Notes under the pieces: generated by a model
Database searches by the model: none
Told to the model about the DNA's origin: nothing
Seen by the model: only the letters and a program-made list of their open reading frames with translations
Source: the human T2T-CHM13v2.0 reference genome, Homo sapiens
Length of the DNA: 64,000 nucleotides
Reading direction: 5' to 3' (one strand)
NCBI RefSeq assembly: GCF_009914755.1
Contig: NC_060947.1
Part shown: in pieces, positions 14,051-29,106 of the stretch
Position numbering within the stretch: position 1 is the stretch's first letter
Layout: every line of letters begins with the position of its first letter
Translations under genes and position numbers: made by a program

Positions 14051-16047
14051 AGGGCATGTCTCTGTTTCCTTTTATAAAAGTAATACAAATATAACATCTT
14101 TTTGGAAGCATACATCCTGTTTCAACTATTAGATCATAGATCACGAAAGCTTAGAACTGGAAGAAACCTTGATTGATACACGAGGGTCTATTCTTCAGAA
14201 CTATCCCAGATGGGCAGAAAACTGCCATCTGGTCCATGAGAACTCATAATCTAGGTTGCAGCAATTCTTCAGTAAAAGCATCTCAGGAAAAAAAGGTCCT
14301 TTTTTATATGTTCCATGAGGACAGGGACACATCTTTCCCTGCTAAATCCTCAGTGAGTAGCACAGTACCTGGCATATAATAGGTGCTAAATTAATATTAG
14401 TTGAATGAATTAATGTACTGTTTATTCACGGATCTTTACTATTAACAACTATATTTTGAATGAATCATTTCTTTTTCAAGATCCCTGACACAAGCTTTTG
14501 AAAAACTTCCCTCCCTCCCTTCTTCCTTTCCTTCTTTTCTTCCTTCCTCCTTTTCTTCCTTTCTTCCATTTTTGATGATGAAAGTAAAAAAAAGAAAAGA
14601 AGAAAACCATTTAGATTCAATTTTGCCTATAATACTAGATTTAAAAATGTAAAACGGCAATTTATAAAACAACCCTGAAGTCCAAATCTCCTCCACATTT
14701 GTTTTACTCTAGTTTTTAAATAATCATATTTAAGATTTGAGAGTTATGAGGGCTATATATTATTCTCCTTGGTCTTCTCATTTCAGATGAGTTCTGTAGA
14801 CAGTATACTGTTTGCAGAGACCTTCCTTTCTTAGCTTCAGTAAGAAATATCACTACATTCATTCAAAAGATATTGACTAGAATGTAAGTTTATTGTCCAC
14901 AAAGACAGAGATCTTATCTGTCTTGTTAAGAATTTATCACAATGCCTAGTACATAGAAGATGATCAAGAAATACTGAATGGATGAATGAATGAAAGGCTT
15001 TTTGAGTTCCTCTTATTTGTCAGGCACTGAGATAAGTATGAATACGGTAGACTTGAAAGCGTAATTCTGGGTATAATGAATGAGCACCAAATCATCCAAC
15101 TAAATTACGATATGACACACACTCTTAATTCCAAGCTGTGACTGTTTCCCAAAGCTCAGTCCATTCCTCTGTGTATTGTGAAAGATAAGCTTTATTTCAT
15201 TTTTTCTTCAACATTGCTTTTAAATAAGCCAAAAGAATAAAAGAAAGAAAGAAAAAGGACCGATAACAACATCATGGCTCTTAGAAATTATTTCAAATAA
15301 ATTTATCTAAATGTAAATGTTGGTTCTTTAACTTTGTTTTAGATTCTCAAGGGCTTCCACTTTGTCTTTTGACCTTTCTGTTAATTACTCTACTTTGAGT
15401 TTTATCTTCACTAGAAGTTTAGGAGAGACAGGCATTACCTCCCCATGTGGAAATATACTGCTAGGCAATGTGGTTTCTTCCTAGTGTCCAAGCTACATCT
15501 TACTGATTACTACATACATAAATCATGTTTACTCCAGTCTAGAGAAAATATGTAACTAGGAACGTATGTTTTGATTTTCTGGTTCTCAGTTTGTCTAGAC
15601 CCTAGATAAATATCCATGGGAATGCAAGAAACAGACATGACACTTACACAAATGAGCCTATTAAAACAAAAACAAAAGCAAAAGACAGAAACTCTTGTGC
15701 TGTGATGCTAGTAAATAAACCACACATATGCACACAAATGACTCTCCAGTCTATTCACGAGTTTTTGTCCTGAAGTTTTTCAGTTTGTACAGTTTCTGTG
15801 TGCATGTGTCTGTGTTGGGGGAGGAACTTCCTCGTTCATTCTTACTCCCAAATCCTCACAAGTAACACTCATAAATACGTGCCCAAACATTATCCGGGAA
15901 ACGCTCCTGAGACTGATTACAGTTTCAGTTAAAATCCTTTTAACTAATGGTAATCCCTTTCAGTTAAAATCCATTATTATTCTAATTCTGATTCTTTTGA
16001 GTTGTAACTGAAAAAATAATAAAAAAAAAAAAAGTCTGAGATAAGTT

Positions 16048-16120
16048 CTGGTCTTGATTTCAAACTCTCCTGGGCCTCCCAGAGTGCTGGGATTACAGGC
16101 ATGAGCCACCTCTACCGGCC
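16048..16120 (-). mobile_element. Short Alu left-arm fragment
   Basis: ggcctcccagagtgctgggattacaggcatgagccacc. Confidence 0.8.
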
Positions 16121-19100
16121 ATCTTCTGGAATGAAGTTTTGTGATAGGTATAGCTCTGCGGCAAAACAACCTGGGCTTGTTGAATGCAAAGATTAACTGA
16201 ATTGTCTTTCCTTTGAGTTTATTTCTGTGTTTTCCTGACATTAGGGCACTTAGGAGTTAAACAGTGTTTCTTGCGTTTGACTTCAGGATAGATCACGGGA
16301 AACAACTAGTGCTAACATGGCACTCACTCTGAGTAGGAGCATAATTCTTAATAGATTTTGTGTGACTTATGGCATTGATACTAATGCCGTGCCATCTGAG
16401 ACCATCCTTAATCTACCTTTTAAGGTTCCTGCATCACAGCTTTTTTTCCTTCCATTTTATATTTCTGTGCTGACTTCTTTCTTAATCTGACTCCTTTTTT
16501 TATTCCCTCCTTTTTCTGTCCTTTCTCCTCCAGCCCTCCCCCTTTATTATGTTCTATACAACCTACCAGAAGAGTACACAGACTCTGCTGAGGCAAACAG
16601 TGCCTCAAATGAAGGGGCTGTGCATGCTTGCAAGACAAGCGAGGCAGGATATGAATAGGACTCCTAGCCTAGTGCCAGCCCAACGCTTCTCCAAGAACAT
16701 TCTTCCTCTAATTCTGATGAACTCTGCCATCAACTGGAAGGCAAGAGAGAACAAAACAGCAAGCTCTTTGTCCGTTGTTAAGCCTTTAATCTTTCACCTC
16801 ACCGATTTCTAAAATGCACTTTGGATGTTTGTTTATTGGTTTTCTTGCTTATGCAACTGCCTCATTCTGTGATAATGGAGTCAGGTTATATCAACATTAA
16901 ATTGACTTCATAGACCCAAGTACCTTAAGGGTATCATTCATTTTAATTTAGAAAAGCAGCAATCAACCTCCTATCCTGTTTCATTTGTCAAAATCTTTAG
17001 TTTTAATTACATCTACAGACTTATGAAAATTGTGACAGGAAGAGAAGAGATCATAGGAAGCATTTCTTCTGCCTTTTTTTTTTTTTTTTTTTTGGTCTCA
17101 GAGAGAAAAGAGGAAAGTTGAATTACTTTGCCTGGAAGGTGATGTAACTTGATACAGATTTTATCTTAAAAAATAGGTTCCCTTTTAAAAGTTTTCCTAA
17201 TGTATCTCATGATTTGCAACAGGAACTAAAGTCAAGTGGCTCTCACCTTACAACATCATTACATTAAATCATTTACATTCCAGCCTTAGCTATTTATTCT
17301 TGAGCTTTATTTATACCACATTTGGAAGATATCGTTCTCACAGAAATTTTCTGAGGCCATTGGAGCATTCCTTTCTAGGGGCATTTTGGCCCATAAGTAG
17401 CATAATGTTCACATGGTAATTACATAATTATGCCTCCTGGTATTTGAACACAGGAGTATTTCCAAGGAACAAAAGTGGCAATTTGAAATAATCATCAGTG
17501 AGATACCATAGAACTGGTATTGTCCGAAAAAAAAAAAAAAGACGGCATATATTAGGAAATTCATATTAACGAATGACTGAAACAGGTAGATAAATGCAAA
17601 AAGATAAAGCACTGGAAATCAAACATTTTCATCTCAGTGGCAGAAGCTTTTATATTTTGGGTAACAATATACTTGTAGATTTTCAGTTTGTTCTACTAAA
17701 CACTTCTTTAATAAAGGCTGGAAGGGGGAATTTGCTGAAGTCTGCAACAACCCTTAACCGAGGAAATCAACCCTCCTTAAATCCCGTACCATCCTTGCAG
17801 CATTTCCAAAGCTTCCTGACCTTGACTCCCTTCACAGTCAATTTGACCACCACTCAAGGAAGCTTGTCCGCCAGAAGACCCTGTTTCCACTTCCCGGCTC
17901 TCCTCCTCTGGCAAGTGACTGAAAAGCGCCTTTCTTTTCTCTCACTGATGCAGAACTGACAAACCAGTATCAAGCCGTTCTTTACAAATCAATAAACCGG
18001 AAGATCTCATCTACTGTACTTCCAAATCCTACAACATTCTGTCTTCTCTCTTCTTCGCATATCATAAGCCACAAGTTATTTACTTCACGCTTCTTAGTAA
18101 AGGACAGGGGATGGAGCAATGTGCTTCCATTGTTTCTCTGTGTAGATGTGTGAGAACCAGAATTAAAACTCTGCCATGGACTCACAGTCTCTACGGTCTC
18201 TCTCCCTCTGTCTTCTTTGCACACTTCTGACCTAGCCCTCCTCTTCTCTCCCCCTGCCTCCCTCTTCCCTCATTCCCCCTCACCCCACCCCCAAGGCTGT
18301 TTGTAAGCTCCCCAAATGCTCATAAGACTTTCCTGAACTATTTCAGATATTTTCACTTCAACTCTAAACTAAAACTATTTTGTTTTTCCAAATGTGGCTT
18401 TACATAGTGCAGAAAACTACAGGGAAAACATCCAAAGTACAATGTGATCTTTTATAGGAGAAACAAAAGATTGAATTTCTAGGTCATCATGGAAGTAGGT
18501 ACACTTCCCTGAGCGATAATCTGAGGTACTTTATAAGCTTCTTTCTTTCACGAAAGCAAGAAATCCTAAAATCCATCAAGATACGTGCACTGTGCCTCAA
18601 CTCTCTTTTTAATCCTCAAGTGAAATCAACACAGTACAGTGTAATAAAAATGCATATAGCCCCAGGCTTTGTGCCTTAGCAAAGAGAGAAAAAATAAGCT
18701 TCCTGACTTCATATGTCTACTGTGAATAATCAGTCACTGCGTTTTTGGGATTTTGCTTTATAATCTTAACGTATAGCAGTGAACTCCATGTTTGTGGTGT
18801 GACAAGAATAAAGGATTCTTTTTCTTTCTTTAAAACAGGTTGTTCCCATATTTTCCATAAGAGAGACATGTGTCGGCTTAAAAGAAATGAAACTACAATG
18901 GTGTGAGGGAGGAATCTCCTGATTGTTAGCGTATATTTTCTGCATTTTACCTGAAATTGTCAACGAAGTGTAGGTAAAGTTAAGGCGGGGCCCTAGGCTG
19001 TTCAATAACGTGGCTAACATTTGGTTTGAGGGCCTTCTCAGTTCTGTTCCCAAATAGTCAGCCTTTCTTTCCCAACTGCTTGTCCTTAGCTGATTAGTAA

Positions 19101-19364
19101 ATAACCCTAGGAAGATAAATGATTGTTCATAACAGGCTTCCAGTACCACAGCTGTGAGTATTTGCATTTTAAGTGCAACTTTAAATAATTAAGCCATTAA
19201 TTACTCAAATACTTATTGAGTGTTTATAAGGCACTTTGCTAGGAGAGGAAGCAGAAAAAATAAAAATAAATAAGAAAACAAGGGGATGGTCTTTAGTGAA
19301 TTTGTAGATTTGATATTTACAAATAAGCATAATAAAGTATTATGGGAAAGATTTTAATGTAGTG

Positions 19365-19545
19365 CAGTCATTCCCCAATTTGACAGTGTATCACAACTAT
19401 TTGAGAACTTTTCAAAAAAATACAGATTCTTAGCTCGTCTAAATAATTTCTGATTTAGTTAATTTGAGGCTGAGGCTTGAGAATCTTTACTTTCTTTAAG
19501 TCTCCACAGATAGTTCTGATGTACAGCCTGGTATACATCCATCAG
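19365..19545. mobile_element. MER5-type hAT DNA transposon remnant
   Basis: aatacagattct..ttctgatttagt..tgaggctgaggcttgagaatct..gttctgatgtacagcc. Confidence 0.6.
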
Positions 19546-20567
19546 TGTAGTGGAAATGCCACGAATTTTATGACTCAGGAAGACCTGAGTTGGAGTCCCT
19601 TACTAGCTATTTAACCAGCATCTTATCTAACAGCCTGTGAACCTTAGTTTCTTTATGTGTTAATAGAAATACCACATAACAACACTACCAACAATGACAG
19701 TAATAATAGCAAACATTTATAGAGCATTTACTATATCCCAAGTGCTATTTCAAGAGCATTATAGGTATATTTCATTTATGTCTTTCTTATCAGAAGGTAA
19801 ATTTGATGAGGGCAGGACTCAATCTATTTTATTCATTACTGTACCCCCAGGACCCAGGTCAGTGCCTGTCTCATAGTAGGTACCTAACTAACTACTTGAA
19901 AGAATGAACATCACTATGAGGAAAGTACACCATAGTGACCATTTTACAGATGAGGAAATGGAGGCACAGAGAATGAGATGTTGTAATGTGCACAGTTGGA
20001 GAGACCACTTTCTGGCACTCGGTATGTACTCATTTTTCTGATAACTGCAAATTGCTAGAACAAGCCTAAACAGCTATGGGGGTTACAGAGTATCTGGATG
20101 AAATTAATGAAGGAGGTTGCTTTGAAACTGGGCCTTCACAATTGGGTAAGCTTTTGATGGGCAAAAACAGAAGAAACACTCTGGGTGACAAGAGTAGAAT
20201 GAGCAATTTTTTTTTTTTTGGCACTAGTAAAGGCCCGGATATGAAGGATAAACAGAAAAAGAGTTGAATAATACAAGGCTAGAAATGTAGCTTGGAGTCA
20301 AACCAGAGCTGTACTTGACTGTCAGGTTTAAGAATAGAGACTTCATTTAGTTGTTCATGGGAAGGCATTCAAATATTTTTTTAATAATTATTTTAAAATT
20401 GTATTTCTTTCAAATGCATTCACATGATAATAAAATTCAAGAAAAACAAAAAAAGTTATTTAAAAATCAAGTCTCTCTTTCACCATGTCTCTCTAGCCAT
20501 TTTCTTCCCCATTCCCTGATGGCAAGTATTTCCATACTCTACATTAATTTTTTAAGTAAGAAAAATA

Positions 20568-20646
20568 TTACGTTGGTGCAAATGTGATCGCAGTTTTTGC
20601 CATTGAAGGTAATGGTAAAACCACAATTACTTATGTACCAACCTAA
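20568..20646. mobile_element. MADE1 mariner MITE (about 80 bp palindrome)
   Basis: ttacgttggtgcaaatgtgatcgcagtttttgccatt-gaaggt-aatggtaaaaccacaattacttatgtaccaacctaa with TA flank. Confidence 0.92.
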
Positions 20647-21120
20647 ATATCATTGTCAGAATGGTGTTTTAGGATGAATGAAAGCATGGAGAAAGCGAAG
20701 AGAGGATAAGCTGCCAGAAACGAAAACAAGAGATGTTCTGTGTTAAATGTAACAATATCAGAAAGTAGACTCAAGGAAGCCTCAGACTCTCACCCTAGGT
20801 GAGGAGGAGATGGATAAAAATCAGAAGGAACCACTGGTTTGTTGCAGCATAGTTTGATGTAATAGCAAATCAGTAAATCATGGACGGTTGAACAAAGACT
20901 GGAGGAATGATGGGAAAATTATGAAAGGTGTGGCAGTGAATTCTCCTTAAAGCCCCTCTTATCATTCATTCTCATTGTTAGCAAGATCCCTACCATAGCT
21001 GGGGCAAAAACAATGTATTTAACTAAAAATGAGCTAAGGCGTGTAAAGCGTTTAACAGCATCTGTTATAAGGTGAGCACTGAGTAAATGGTAACTGTTAC
21101 TTATTTGTATTAAAAGGTGG

Positions 21121-21268
21121 GGCTGGGCATGGTGGTGCAAGCCTGTAATCTCTCACAGTGACCTGGGAGGCTGAAGTGGGAGGATCACTTGAACCCAGGA
21201 GTTCAAGACCAGCCTGGGCAACATAGTGAGACCCTGTCTCTTAAAAAAAAATAACACAAACAAAAAAC
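21121..21268 (+). mobile_element. FLAM_C Alu monomer
   Basis: ggctgggcatggtgg..gggaggatcacttgaacccaggagttcaagaccagcctgggcaacatagtgagaccctgtctc plus A tail. Confidence 0.85.
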
Positions 21269-21812
21269 ATGGTGTCAGAGCAGAATACAATGGGGTGAGT
21301 TTGACAGACCCATCTTTAGGGGAAGTTCCATATCTAGCTTCCCTTTTTTATAGTAAATACTTGAGCTGGTTTGTTGAGGGTAACCCATACGATTTTAATC
21401 ATTTACCAGGACTTAAATCTGGAAAGTATGACAGTTGGGTTCAAGAATCAATGATTCCACCAGCATTTTCAAGGGCTGCTATGTACACTGTACTGTATGT
21501 TCATCGTGTGGTGGATGGCAAAGATGGGACATGAAAAATTTCTTTTCTCAAGAACCTTGTGTCTTGCTGGGAGATGACTGCAGCTGAGACGAATTAGAGA
21601 CTTTTGAACTGATAGTCTCTGTGTTATGACCAATAAGGGCAATATGTATTTTTGGAAGTGAGACAGCAGTGAGGCCAGGAGCAATCTGGGAGGCATCAGA
21701 AAAGAGGTGACACAGAACATCATTGTCCTAGGTCAGACTCAGTATCAGCAGCTTAGCATCTCATGTCCATGAGGAGTATTTTTTGAACAGGTATTTTGCA
21801 TGCCATTTGTGA

Positions 21813-22236
<424 letters not shown>

Positions 22237-22419
22237 TGAAATTGATTTTTTATGGTTAGGTGAATATAGATGATTAAATATAAAAGCATTGAATGATTTT
22301 GTGTTGTTTAGATAAAAACTGTGAATTTTGCATGAGTAAAGGGCTAGTATCGCTATTGTTCCTACTTGAAAATGATTTCAGTGCACTGATATCAAACTTT
22401 TTCTAGACTTTTCCAAAGT

Positions 22420-22740
22420 AATCGGAAATGCTCCAAATTTTGAAACTTTTTGAGTACTGACATGACGTCACAAGTGGAAAATTTCACACCTGACCTCATG
22501 TGACAGGTCACAGTCAAAACTTTTGTGTTTCACGCACAAAAGTATTTAAAATATTGTATAAAATTTCCTTCAGGGTATGTGTATAAGGTATATACGAAAT
22601 ATAAATGAATTTCATGTTTAGGCTTGGGTCCCATCCCAAGATATCTCATGAGGAATATGCAAATATTCCAAAATCCACAAAAATAAAAAATCCAAAACAC
22701 TTCTGGTCCCAAGCATTTTGGATAAGGAATACTTAACTTG
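22420..22740. mobile_element. Tigger4/MER46-family DNA transposon
   Basis: aaatgctccaaa..tgaaactttttgag.actgacatgacg..caaaacacttctggtcccaagcattttggataagg. Confidence 0.8.
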
Positions 22741-22810
22741 TTTTCCGATCTAACCTGGCCCTAACATTCAACTTTGTAATATATAATGAAGAAATAAAAC
22801 AACAGAGTAA

Positions 22811-23174
<364 letters not shown>

Positions 23175-23510
23175 TTAAATATCAGAAATAAACTCATACT
23201 TTTGACTTACCATCTTCATAAGGCAATGCATATGCTGAACACAGATGATTCTTATCTGTTCACCAAACTAAGGTCTTTAAGGACTTTAACTACTAAGAAT
23301 ATTTACGTTAATTCAAGTTAATATTTGTTTTAAAAAACAGAATCTTTTAAATATTCAGGATATAGATGTTTCACCAATTCAATCTACCCTTTCTGGTCAA
23401 AAGTTAAATAAATTGGATGGAATCTCAAGTATTCATAACTACATATAAGAACAAAAACTATCAAGAATGTATCAACAAAAGGTTTCCGTGGCCTCTTTCA
23501 GTACACATAA

Positions 23511-23824
<314 letters not shown>

Positions 23825-23844
23825 AAGACATGTATCTTTATAGA

Positions 23845-24061
23845 GCAAGGTTTCTCAACTTCAGCATTATTGACATTTTGGCCTGGGCAATTTTTTGTTG
23901 TGCTATCTATCCCACGAATTATAGAGAATGCCTAGCAGCATCCACAACTTCTACCCACTAGATGCCAGTAGCACCTCCTCACCAGTTGGGACAACTGAAA
24001 ATGTCTCCAGAAATTGCCATGTCCCCTGGGGGACAGACTTGCTCTTGGTTGAGAACCACTA
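23845..24061. mobile_element. MER20 hAT DNA transposon
   Basis: caaggtttctcaac..ctacccactagatgccagtagcacc..aaaatgtctccaga..ttgagaaccact. Confidence 0.85.
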
Positions 24062-24199
24062 GTGTATAGTAAACTTTCACCCTCTACTTCATATACACAG
24101 ATATTGATGTTTGAGATAAGAGAGTCCTATTCTATGTCTATAACTGGTTGAGGAAGGAGAAGTTAACAGTCCCGAGTTATATACAGACTATTGTCAGAT

Positions 24200-24680
24200 C
24201 TGCCCAATTCAGTATTCCTCTAATTGGCAGTCTTTGCTCTGGCATTCCTTGTTGTGCTGACACAGAGTCTAGAAGATCTGCATTGTGATCTGATGGCTTC
24301 CCTTGTTCAATTCTGCTTCCACCCCTATTTCTTCACAGGTGTTATTCTGCAATAAATCTGCCCTGGCATCTGCTTCTTGGAGGACTCAACCTGCAACAAT
24401 AATCAATCAATCAATTCCACGATTCCATTCCCCTAGCCTAGGTGGGCATGTGACCCAATTTGGGCCATAAAGAGTCAAGCCCACACTTGACCAGTCTTTA
24501 AGCTCTCGGGTCAGAGTAGCTCTCTCTTTTCTGCAGGGTATGTTGAGGGTGTTAAGAGGATGGCAGGTGGGCCTGCAGCAATAGTCTGAAAGCCACCACT
24601 GTCACCAACACCCTTTTGTTTCTTAACTAATCTGAGTTGAGTTTTCTGTCACTTACAGCCAAGAGTCCAGCCTAATATAC
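24200..24680 (+). mobile_element. LTR16-like (ERVL) and MLT1-like (MaLR) LTR fragments
   Basis: cacaggtgttattctgcaataaatc..catctgcttcttggaggactcaacctgcaaca, then ggcatgtgacccaatt..gttttctgtcacttacagcc. Confidence 0.55.
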
Positions 24681-24962
24681 TTTATAATAAAGGGGAAACT
24701 ACAGAAACATTTAAGAAAATTAGCATTGATCCTAAAAGTTGTTACAAATTACCTCATCACAATAACTATTCAGAGCAACGTATTTAAGTTGCTCAAGAAC
24801 CACAAAGCACATTGCCTTTTTAAATTTAAAGAGACTTCATAAAAATGTGGGACAGAGCAGAATGGTACCCATTATTATAGAATGATTTTACCAACTGCGG
24901 CATTAATTCTCCAAAGATTTCCCCCAGTCTCATTATGAAGAAATAATAGACATAGAATACTA

Positions 24963-25300
<338 letters not shown>

Positions 25301-26257
25301 CTAGTTTCGAGGCTTTTTGAAAATTTTGGTGCACCCCTATCCAGCATATCCCGCCCCTCTCTATTTCACATTCCCTGTTGCTAATATTAGGAAAAGAGAA
25401 CGTTTACGTGAGTATGCTATTTGATTTGAACCAACCTCTCAGGGTCAATAATATTTCAGTATTTTGTGTGCAGCATTTAAGATTATAAAGTATGCCCATT
25501 TCAGCACTCCTTTTAAACAGAAAGATTTAGTTGAAAACTCAAAGCCACATTTGTCCACTGAAAGCTTTTAAAAAGCTTCATTTGTGAAAAGACACATTGA
25601 CCAGAGCTGCTGGGGATCATTAATGAAAGCTGGATCTTCAAAGGAGATTCTGTGTTACAAAAAGGTACTTGGACATTTTGGCTAAGCTGCAGACCACCTG
25701 TGATTTGGCCATTTGATAGAGGGTTGGTTGTTGACAGGTCCTAAGAGATACCCCCTATGTCTCTTCTTTTTAAAATTGTATTAAAAGATTTGTATCATGG
25801 GCTCCCTATTTAAAATGAAAGTCTGGGCAGCTGCCCCTTTTACTCCGTCTAGAAGAAGGTACCTTACATTTTCTAACATGAGTTTTCCATCAATAATTGT
25901 CTGCTATGACACCAAAGTATTCCCCACCTCCTGGCTGGAGAGCATGTTGTCTTGGTCATCTCCTCTGTTATGTTGGAGACAGAGTGACACACGTAGGTGA
26001 ATGGGGTCTAAACCAATTAAATCCTTGTCTGGGTCTAAACCGATTAAAAAGGAACTCAAATCTATTTTCTCTCAGATTGGGAGAGTCCACGAAAATAAAA
26101 AAGCCAAACAACAGAAATGCTGCCCAGTTGCACAGGATGTTGCTATTATCTAGCATTTGCACATCAATTTATGTTTTCAAACTCATTGACAGTCACTAGT
26201 TACCGGCAGGCACTCTGTTAAGAAGTAGAGAACTCTAAGCTGAGTTTTGACCATAGA

Positions 26258-26269
26258 TTCCCGGAAGTG
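26258..26269. promoter_or_regulatory. Overlapping STAT (TTCCCGGAA) and ETS (CCGGAAGTG) consensus sites
   Basis: ttcccggaagtg in unique sequence; motif match only. Confidence 0.35.
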
Positions 26270-26601
26270 ATTTACAAGATCATTTTCAAATTTGTATGAC
26301 CAAAAGGCATTTTAAATATGATTTTAAATTGCAAAGGGACGAAATCATGGGCTTCTTGTGTTTCTTTGGATGCCAATCACATTACTTCGAGAGCTGGCAT
26401 AGGTCGTGGATGTCTCAGGCTACGCACCACTGATAACACAAACTATGCGGGCACTGGAGCAGAAAGATATGAGCAGAGGAAGAGAGATAAGTGGTGCCTC
26501 TAAGACCCCAGAAAGTGGTTTTGAACCCTTGTGGATCTCACTGGAAAGGGATTAGGAGAATACCACCTGGCAGAAGACCATTCTCTTATTAAGGCTGATC
26601 C

Positions 26602-26700
26602 ACTCTCTCTCTCTCTCAAAAAAAAAAAAAAAAAAAAAAAAAAACATAAAAAAAAAAATAAATAAATAAAAAAGATAAAAGAAAAAAAAGAAAAAAAACT
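26602..26700. repeat. (CT)n plus A-rich low-complexity tract
   Basis: Directly visible. Confidence 0.85.
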
Positions 26701-28773
26701 TAAGTAGGAGGGAAAGTCTAGAGTTGACAGAGCTGAAAGGCTCTCAAAATTTTAAGACTTTTTTTTTTAAGTGTCTTAAAATATTTTAGGGACTTTAACT
26801 TTGTCTTAGTAAAGATGATAAAATTAAGTTCACTACACACTCATTCTTTTTAGAAGCTTTTCACCTCCCTTTTAACTGTGTGCATTTAATTTGTGTAATA
26901 ATCACTGTATGTCCCCTTCAATGTCCTTTTGTATCTTTTTTTTTAGCATTTTAGTCTATTTCTGTCTGTCTGATTTTTTTCTTCTATTCAAAGACATTTT
27001 CTCCTCTATTATAGCTTTATTTAATGTTTCCCTTATGCTACAGCATAAGTGCCTTTTTTTCTCCATCCATATCTCTAAATTAGGGGGTCCCTCTTCCTTT
27101 TCTATGCAGCAGTCTGTCTTCAGCATGATGTCTTCACTTTTCTCTATTGTAGTCTCTTTTGTGATTGGCCAATAGCAAAATGAAACTTACTAGAATCCAA
27201 TCCCAAAAGCACTTTAGAAGGATGGAATCTTATCATTTACTCCCTGAATCACTATCATCAGTACAGTTGGTGTAGAACGGTATTCCATTCTGGGGCTCAT
27301 TGGATAAGTATGAGTTCAACCTGGCAGCTATAAAATAACCGGGGGAAAATCTTGTTCCTTTCCTCCTTTATAGCTCGGAAATTTGTGAGTGACCTTGCTT
27401 CTTTATTTCTAATTATGCCCTATGGAAAAATAACGCCTTTTTTTTCATTTATATTGTATAGTGCCTAAGATTTTTGGGGGCCTTTAATGAACAGCAGTAC
27501 AATTTCATTTTCATTTTACAGGATATGCAATATAATTTTGAAAAATTAAACTACATGCTCGAGGAAGGATTCAACATTTCCGGAGAACCTAGCATTTTCC
27601 CTCAGAAGACTAAAATTAGATCCTGTTTTAATGACTGTCCCTGCAACACTGACTTCTATGTAATGAGAATGTTTCCATGTTCCTGCTGACAGACCACCTA
27701 CTATTCTTTGCTGATGTGGGGCTGATAATTCTGACAATCAATAATAATAATTGTATAAACATTAACATGTATTGAGTGCGTGCTTTGTGCCAGGCACTGC
27801 ACAAAGTGCTTTATAATGATTATTTCATTTGATCTTTGTAATAACCCCATGAGTTAAGAATACAAATGCTCTGGCATATCAGAATTGTTCACATTTGATG
27901 GTTGACTCAATATCGACTTTTAAAAACTGTCTAGAAACCTCCCACGACACTTACTGCACTGATGGTTCTCCATACTCCTCCAATGACACAAAGCCTATCC
28001 TGCTTTGAATTCTTGTATTATTATTATTCATATAGGGAGAATTCAACAAATAAACAGGTATTCTATTGACACCAAGAAGACTGACACTGCCGCTGCTCTG
28101 CTCCACTTTGAGGTTTGTAGCAAATATGTCTGGTGCTTGCATCACATCTTGTCAGCCCACCTGTGATTCCAGTGTCAGCAGTAGTGGACGGTTCTGTGCA
28201 AGTTCTAACTCGTGCTGTATAGCCAGCATCCCTTCTCAAAAGGGATCCCTAAGCCTTTCAGCTTTCTGTTCTAGGTTCCCCTGACCCCCATGACATGGGA
28301 GCTTCCTGGGTGGGCAAGCATAGCCAGCCACAGGGGTTAGTGCTTTGGCAGCAATTCTCTTTTTCCCCTCCCAACTTCTGCACAGTGTTTATTGAGCTTA
28401 CTCATATCATATAGTTCACAGCTTTGATAGAAAAACTTCTTGTTTCCTTTTTGTATTTATACTTAGATTTTCTACATTGTTTTGAATCTTTCCGACGTTG
28501 TGTGAAGTTCAGAGCAGCGGAAAAGGCAGGGGTGCACTGGAGAGGATGTGTCCCACTCAGATCCAATGCTTGCCCATATCAGATGAAAAAGGAATCAATT
28601 CTCAACCAGTGGGAGCAGGAGCAGGTATACACATGCTCTGGCTTTCCATATTTCAGGCTGTAGCTACCTATATCCAGATTTGTTTTCTTCTGTACACTTC
28701 TCAACAGTTCCAGAGAATTGCTCATCTTTCTTTGTCGCTTCATTCTTCTTGTTCTCTTATTCCTGCTTCTTAG

Positions 28774-29106
<333 letters not shown>

